Shown here piece after piece: positions 7,086 through 10,937 of a stretch of DNA of 10,937 nucleotides. The position numbers and the translations under genes are program-made. Each line of letters starts with the position of its first letter. Position 1 is the stretch's first letter. The notes below the pieces were generated by a model. That model did no database searches. It worked only from the letters and a program-made list of their open reading frames with translations, and was not told where the DNA came from. Origin of the DNA: Candidatus Acetothermia bacterium (lineage in GTDB: Bacteria; Bipolaricaulota; Bipolaricaulia; M55B111); NCBI GenBank assembly GCA_046543235.1, contig JBKGZT010000046.1, positions 1-10,937 of the forward strand, written 5' to 3'.

Positions 7086-7262
7086 CGGTTCTTTACCGGC
7101 AGAGATCAGGAGGTTGCTGAAAATAGCTGGCTTATAACTCCGGCGAGAGGTACGCATGTGTCTGACCGAGCCTTAGCGAGGGAGTTTGAGGAACCCAAGC
7201 CGGATATTATTAGTCCGCTACATAAGTGGAGACTTGATTTCTTTCTAGGCCGGTAAAAACTG
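7086..7262 (+). ncRNA. Candidate rod-shaped structured RNA (6S RNA-like); identity unconfirmed
   Basis: Nested helices found by hand: 7086-7100/7249-7262, 7101-7110/7233-7242, 7116-7133/7197-7214 and 7136-7141/7181-7186, plus side hairpin 7214-7230. Wobbles are G-U on the + strand. Confidence 0.4.
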
Positions 7263-7298
7263 AAAAACCTTCCTGGCTGATCGAATTGACTTCCCGAG

Positions 7299-7721
7299 CT
7301 ACTCGACTTCTCCGTCAAGATAACGCTGGAGGATCAGGGTCGCGGCCACTTTGTCCCTTTTCTGCTTTCGTACTTCCCTCCTCACGTCCGACTCGATCAT
7401 CACACGTTCGGCCTCGGAGCTGGTCAGGCGCTCGTCCACCGTGTCCACCGGAACCGAGAGCCGCTCCTCTAACTTTCGTTTGAACTCCCGGGCTTTTTCG
7501 GCCGATTGGCCTTCCTCTCCGTTCATGTGATAGGGTATTCCGACGACGACCAGAGAGACGTCTTCTTCGACGACCAGTCCCTCCAGGTAATCCAGGTCGG
7601 ACTCGAGGCCCTTTCTCTGCCGGCTCGGCCTACCAAGAGCCACTTTGCCGGCTCGATCGCTGATAGCTATTCCGATCCGCTTGCTTCCCCAGTCCAGGCC
7701 GAGGACTTTCCCCGCTTTCAT
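7299..7721 (-). CDS. ruvX: YqgF/RuvX family nuclease (putative pre-16S rRNA nuclease / Holliday junction resolvase-like)
   Basis: LGLDWGSKRIGIAISD, VVVGIP, VDERLTSSEAE, DKVAATLILQRYLD. ATG 7721 overlaps the upstream TGA (ATGA), with SD GGAGG. Confidence 0.95.
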   Translation of the reverse strand: MKAGKVLGLDWGSKRIGIAISDRAGKVALGRPSRQRKGLESDLDYLEGLVVEEDVSLVVVGIPYHMNGEEGQSAEKAREFKRKLEERLSVPVDTVDERLTSSEAERVMIESDVRREVRKQKRDKVAATLILQRYLDGEVE

Positions 7722-8923
7722 CCGTACCGCCTCCCCTTCCACCTACTGCCGCGACCGGTCCACCAGCTGATGGCCGAGTCGACCGTCATTAGGGTATAGA
7801 GGAATCCACCCAGAGGAGCCAGAAGGCCGTAATAGGGCGAAAGCCCGTACCAGCTGAGGATCGGCTGGAAGCTCAGGGCTTGGACCAGCCAGGCGAATCC
7901 ACCGAGGAGGGTCAGAACGAGGGAATAAGGTGAACTCAGACCACAGACCCCGTTAGCCAGGCCGGTAAGTCCCAGCGCAAGACCCGCCGGCGGTGCCAGG
8001 AACAGAAATACCATACCGATAACCGTGCCAAACAGGAGGAGGGGGGAGTAATTCAGCTGGCTGAAGGCGGACCGGGAGATCGTCTTCCATATCTCGCCGA
8101 GGTTACCGTAGCTTCGGTAGCTTTTCGACATGTGGGAAAGGCCGAGCCACAGCTTTTTCCCTTCGTCTTTTAAGGCCCTGGCGAGGCTGCAGTCGTCGAT
8201 GATCGCGTCCCGCAGCCGTCTGAACCCATCGACGTCGTCCAGAGCCGAACTTCGGACAAGGATACAACCTCCAGCGGCCGCGGCTAAATCCGTTTCGGGG
8301 TCATTCACCCGGCTAAACGGATACAGGGACTTGAAAAAGTAGACGAAGCTTGGGATGAGTAGCCTCTCCCAGGAGGTGTCGGTCCGTAGGTCCGCCATTA
8401 TCGATACCAAGTCAAGTTCCTCCGAGACGAGTTTGCTGGTCAGTTTTTTCAGCGCGGCCGAGGCGTGGTTTATGTCGGCGTCGGTCAGCCAGATCAGGTC
8501 GGGGTTCAGGTCTTGTGCCCGTTCGTATCCCTGCTGAAGCGCCCAGACCTTGCCGGACCAGCCTTCCGGGGTGGGGTCGCCGTTTACTATTTCCAATCGG
8601 TCCTCGGAATCGGTCCTTTGACCGAGGTCCCTGGCCACCTCCGCCGTTCCGTCCTCGCTGTCGTCGTCTATAAAGACGATTTTCAGTTCTCCGGGATAAT
8701 CCTGATTCAGGACCGAAGGTAGAGTTTCGGGAAGCACCTTCGCTTCATCCCGGGCCGGGATTACCGCGGAGACTGAAGGCCACTCCCCGGAGGGTCCGTA
8801 CTCTTCCTCCGGGGTCAGTTTTTCCTTTGTCTTCCAGTAACCGTACCGGCCGAATACGAGCACCAGCCAGGCTATTAGGGAGGTACCGGCGATAGCTAAA
8901 AAAATCCAGCGTATAACAATCAT
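7718..8923 (-). CDS. hpnB: GT2 glycosyltransferase, hopene-associated HpnB family
   Basis: N-terminal TM, WPSVSAVIPARDE, QDYPG, DDDSEDGT, GWSGKVWA, LTDADI, LYPFSRVNDP, AAAAGGCIL, IDDCSLA, SAFSQLNYSPLLL, C-terminal TMs and WKGRRY. Exact start uncertain; the symbol reflects family, not a proven hopanoid function. Confidence 0.85.
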   Translation of the reverse strand: MIVIRWIFLAIAGTSLIAWLVLVFGRYGYWKTKEKLTPEEEYGPSGEWPSVSAVIPARDEAKVLPETLPSVLNQDYPGELKIVFIDDDSEDGTAEVARDLGQRTDSEDRLEIVNGDPTPEGWSGKVWALQQGYERAQDLNPDLIWLTDADINHASAALKKLTSKLVSEELDLVSIMADLRTDTSWERLLIPSFVYFFKSLYPFSRVNDPETDLAAAAGGCILVRSSALDDVDGFRRLRDAIIDDCSLARALKDEGKKLWLGLSHMSKSYRSYGNLGEIWKTISRSAFSQLNYSPLLLFGTVIGMVFLFLAPPAGLALGLTGLANGVCGLSSPYSLVLTLLGGFAWLVQALSFQPILSWYGLSPYYGLLAPLGGFLYTLMTVDSAISWWTGRGSRWKGRRYG

Positions 8924-8936
8924 CCTCCAGTTCTCG

Positions 8937-10859
8937 TTAACCGGCCAGCTCCCGCCTGGCTCCGACCTCTTTCGAGACATCCGGCAGGTCGAGTTCTTTT
9001 AGGGTGTTTCTCAGGGGTATTCCTTCCTCATCCCAGCCCCGGACCGTGTAGTACCTATCCAGTTCTCGTTCGAATTCCTCCCTGTCTATCGATTCCCCTC
9101 TGGAGGGTCCGTCAGGTACCTCCTCGTTGATTACCCTCTCCGGCAGGCTGTCGTCCTCGCGGGAGAAGCCTTCCCTGACGTTAAAGGCCTTCGACAGGTT
9201 ATAGATCCTTTCGCCGGCGGTTAGTAAACCGGAGTTGGAAAGGTCGAACCCGGTAACAGCGTTGACCAGTTCCCTGATTCCGTCTTCGTACATGATTCCC
9301 CGGGTGAATTTACAGACGCCGGTTGCGTCGTAGATCGTCATCAAATCTTCCATAGCCTTGAGGGCTAGCGCTTTGCCTTCCATTTTGGTTCTGTCGTAGT
9401 CCTCGAAGTTCCAGAAGCTTCCACCCATTTCCAGGGCATAGAAACAGGAAGTCAAATGATCGGCTCCTCTAGGAGCCACGGCAAAAGCGAGGGCCATGCC
9501 TTTGATTCCGCGGACCTCGAAACCGGCGGGCACCATGCCCTTTACGTGGATCGTAAATTCCTGGCCAGCTCCTAGCTTTTCGGCGGCTTCTACCGGTCCG
9601 TCCGCCAGTAGTTCTCCTAAATCGCCTTCACGATAGGCAATTCTGTTCAGGGCTTCCAGCATCGCGGTGGCGTTGCCGAATTCCAGTTCGAGATCGGTAT
9701 CCAGTAAGTCCTTCTCGTAGGCCTCCATTGCCCAGGCAATTGTCATACCTGCAGTCATCGTGTCCAGGCCGGTTTTGTCGCAGATCTCGTTTGCTTTCGC
9801 TACGGCTTCGATGTCGTCGACCTCCGTCGCGCCGCCGAGAGAATATTGGGTCTCGTACTCCGGGCCGTCGACCGCTATATCCCCGTAGGGGGTATCTTCA
9901 GCCACGAAGTACTGGCTGCAGGGTTTGGTGCAGTGTGGGCAGGGTCGTCTACCCTGGCGGTAGATATCGACCCATTTTCTCGGGTCCAGGTCTATCCGGT
10001 CTTCCTCCGGATCGTCCAGCTTGTCGTAAGCCTTTTTGAAGTAACCTGACTGCCAGTTTCGGGTCGGGAACATGCCGATCTCCCGGTTCTTCACGTTTAG
10101 GGCCTCGCCCGTGCCGTACTGCATGTCTACTGTGGCGGAACCCGTACCGGAAAGCTCGATTTCCCCGCGGCCGGTAGTTTCCTTTAACCATTTGTCATTT
10201 AGTTCATCGAGGCGCTCCTCGTCGTGGATCGGAGGTAACTTGCTCCCGTTTGCCGCTATTGCCTTGAGGTTTTTCGATCCCATGACGGTACCGCCGCCGC
10301 CCTTTCCTGCCTGGCGGTCCTCGCACTCTATCATGGCCATCTTTGATAGCTTCTCCCCGGCAGGGCCGATTACCGCGGTAGAATAGCCTTCGTGATCTTC
10401 TTTCAACTTTTCGTCCGTTTCACGCGTGTCCAGTCCCCATAGGTCGGAAGCGTTTTCCAGTTTGACGTCGTCTTCGTCGATTATTAACGAAGTTGGCTTG
10501 GATGCCTTGCCCTGGACTACCAGGGCGTCGTAGCCGGCTTTTTTCAACTGCTCCCCCACCTTGGCTCCGACCAGGGATTTGCCGTAACCACCGGTTACCG
10601 GGGCCTTAAAACCGAAAGTAGTCTTTGAGGCCGTTGGCACGTTCGGACCGACCAGGACTCCTGGTGCCATTATCAGAGTGTTTTCCGGCCCCAGAGGATC
10701 CGTCTGCGGACCGACTTCGTCGTAGAGTATCTTCGTCGTAAAACCGGTTCCTCCAAGGTACTTCTTCAGGAACTCGCCGGATAATTCCTCCTCCTCAAAT
10801 TCCCCCGTGGAGAGATTTACACGCAGTAGTTTGCCCCAATAACCAGGTTGATTTGGCAT
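8937..10859 (-). CDS. aor: Tungsten-type aldehyde:ferredoxin oxidoreductase family protein (AOR/FOR/WOR)
   Basis: GYWGKLLRVNLS, KAPVTGG, LKKAGYD, IGPAGE, VMGSKNLKAI, PTRN, CPHCTKPC plus GVCKF (4Fe-4S ligands), PEYET, GLDT, HVKG, RGADHL, YY.VRGWD..GIP. SD AGGAGGT before ATG 10859. Confidence 0.95.
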   Translation of the reverse strand: MPNQPGYWGKLLRVNLSTGEFEEEELSGEFLKKYLGGTGFTTKILYDEVGPQTDPLGPENTLIMAPGVLVGPNVPTASKTTFGFKAPVTGGYGKSLVGAKVGEQLKKAGYDALVVQGKASKPTSLIIDEDDVKLENASDLWGLDTRETDEKLKEDHEGYSTAVIGPAGEKLSKMAMIECEDRQAGKGGGGTVMGSKNLKAIAANGSKLPPIHDEERLDELNDKWLKETTGRGEIELSGTGSATVDMQYGTGEALNVKNREIGMFPTRNWQSGYFKKAYDKLDDPEEDRIDLDPRKWVDIYRQGRRPCPHCTKPCSQYFVAEDTPYGDIAVDGPEYETQYSLGGATEVDDIEAVAKANEICDKTGLDTMTAGMTIAWAMEAYEKDLLDTDLELEFGNATAMLEALNRIAYREGDLGELLADGPVEAAEKLGAGQEFTIHVKGMVPAGFEVRGIKGMALAFAVAPRGADHLTSCFYALEMGGSFWNFEDYDRTKMEGKALALKAMEDLMTIYDATGVCKFTRGIMYEDGIRELVNAVTGFDLSNSGLLTAGERIYNLSKAFNVREGFSREDDSLPERVINEEVPDGPSRGESIDREEFERELDRYYTVRGWDEEGIPLRNTLKELDLPDVSKEVGARRELAG

Positions 10860-10901
10860 AGTTACCTCCTGTAGATTCACCTTATTTGGATTCACACATT
10901 G

Positions 10902-10930
10902 ATCCTAAATAATTTGGATACCGTTAGCAA
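10902..10930 (-). promoter_or_regulatory. Putative sigma70 promoter of the aor-hpnB-ruvX operon
   Basis: TTGCTA (10930-10925), 17-nt spacer, TAGGAT (10907-10902). Confidence 0.55.
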
Positions 10931-10937
10931 ATGGAGG

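Noticed and set aside
198-10386. Numerous short alternative-frame and antisense ORFs (e.g. 2287-2763, 6190-6615, 7506-7799, 9728-10039, 10072-10386)
   Set aside because: They lie within well-supported genes and show no motifs; typical shadow ORFs of moderately GC-rich DNA.
1-10937. CRISPR array, tRNA/rRNA, IS or transposase, recoded stop codons
   Set aside because: No regular repeat-spacer pattern, cloverleaf or transposase motif was seen. The recognised genes appear full-length without readthrough.

Overview
Housekeeping and metabolic chromosomal segment from a bacterium (sigma70-type promoters, Shine-Dalgarno sites, bacterial gatB and ruvX). The soluble proteins are strongly acidic, and a tungsten-type aldehyde oxidoreductase is present. 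This suggests an anaerobic, salt-adapted lineage; a Bipolaricaulota/KB1-like organism is only a guess. Gene order: gatB <- DUF123/GIY-YIG-like nuclease <- galE | Xaa-Pro peptidase -> <- short-chain chromate (CHR) transporter pair <- small acidic ORF/regulatory region | CpoA-like GT4 glycolipid glycosyltransferase -> ~177-nt rod-shaped structured element <- ruvX/yqgF <- HpnB-family GT2 <- aldehyde:ferredoxin oxidoreductase. No CRISPR array, tRNA, rRNA or transposase was seen. The most interesting unexplained signal is 7086-7262. By hand it folds into a long rod whose wobble pairs are G-U on the + strand, with some 6S RNA-like features. Also notable are an orphan HpnB in an AOR-hpnB-ruvX operon, an operator-like repeat over the AOR promoter, and the 5427-6021 region with divergent promoters, a Fur/PerR-like box and a degenerate duplicated motif. 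All calls come from reading the sequence by eye; no searches were run.
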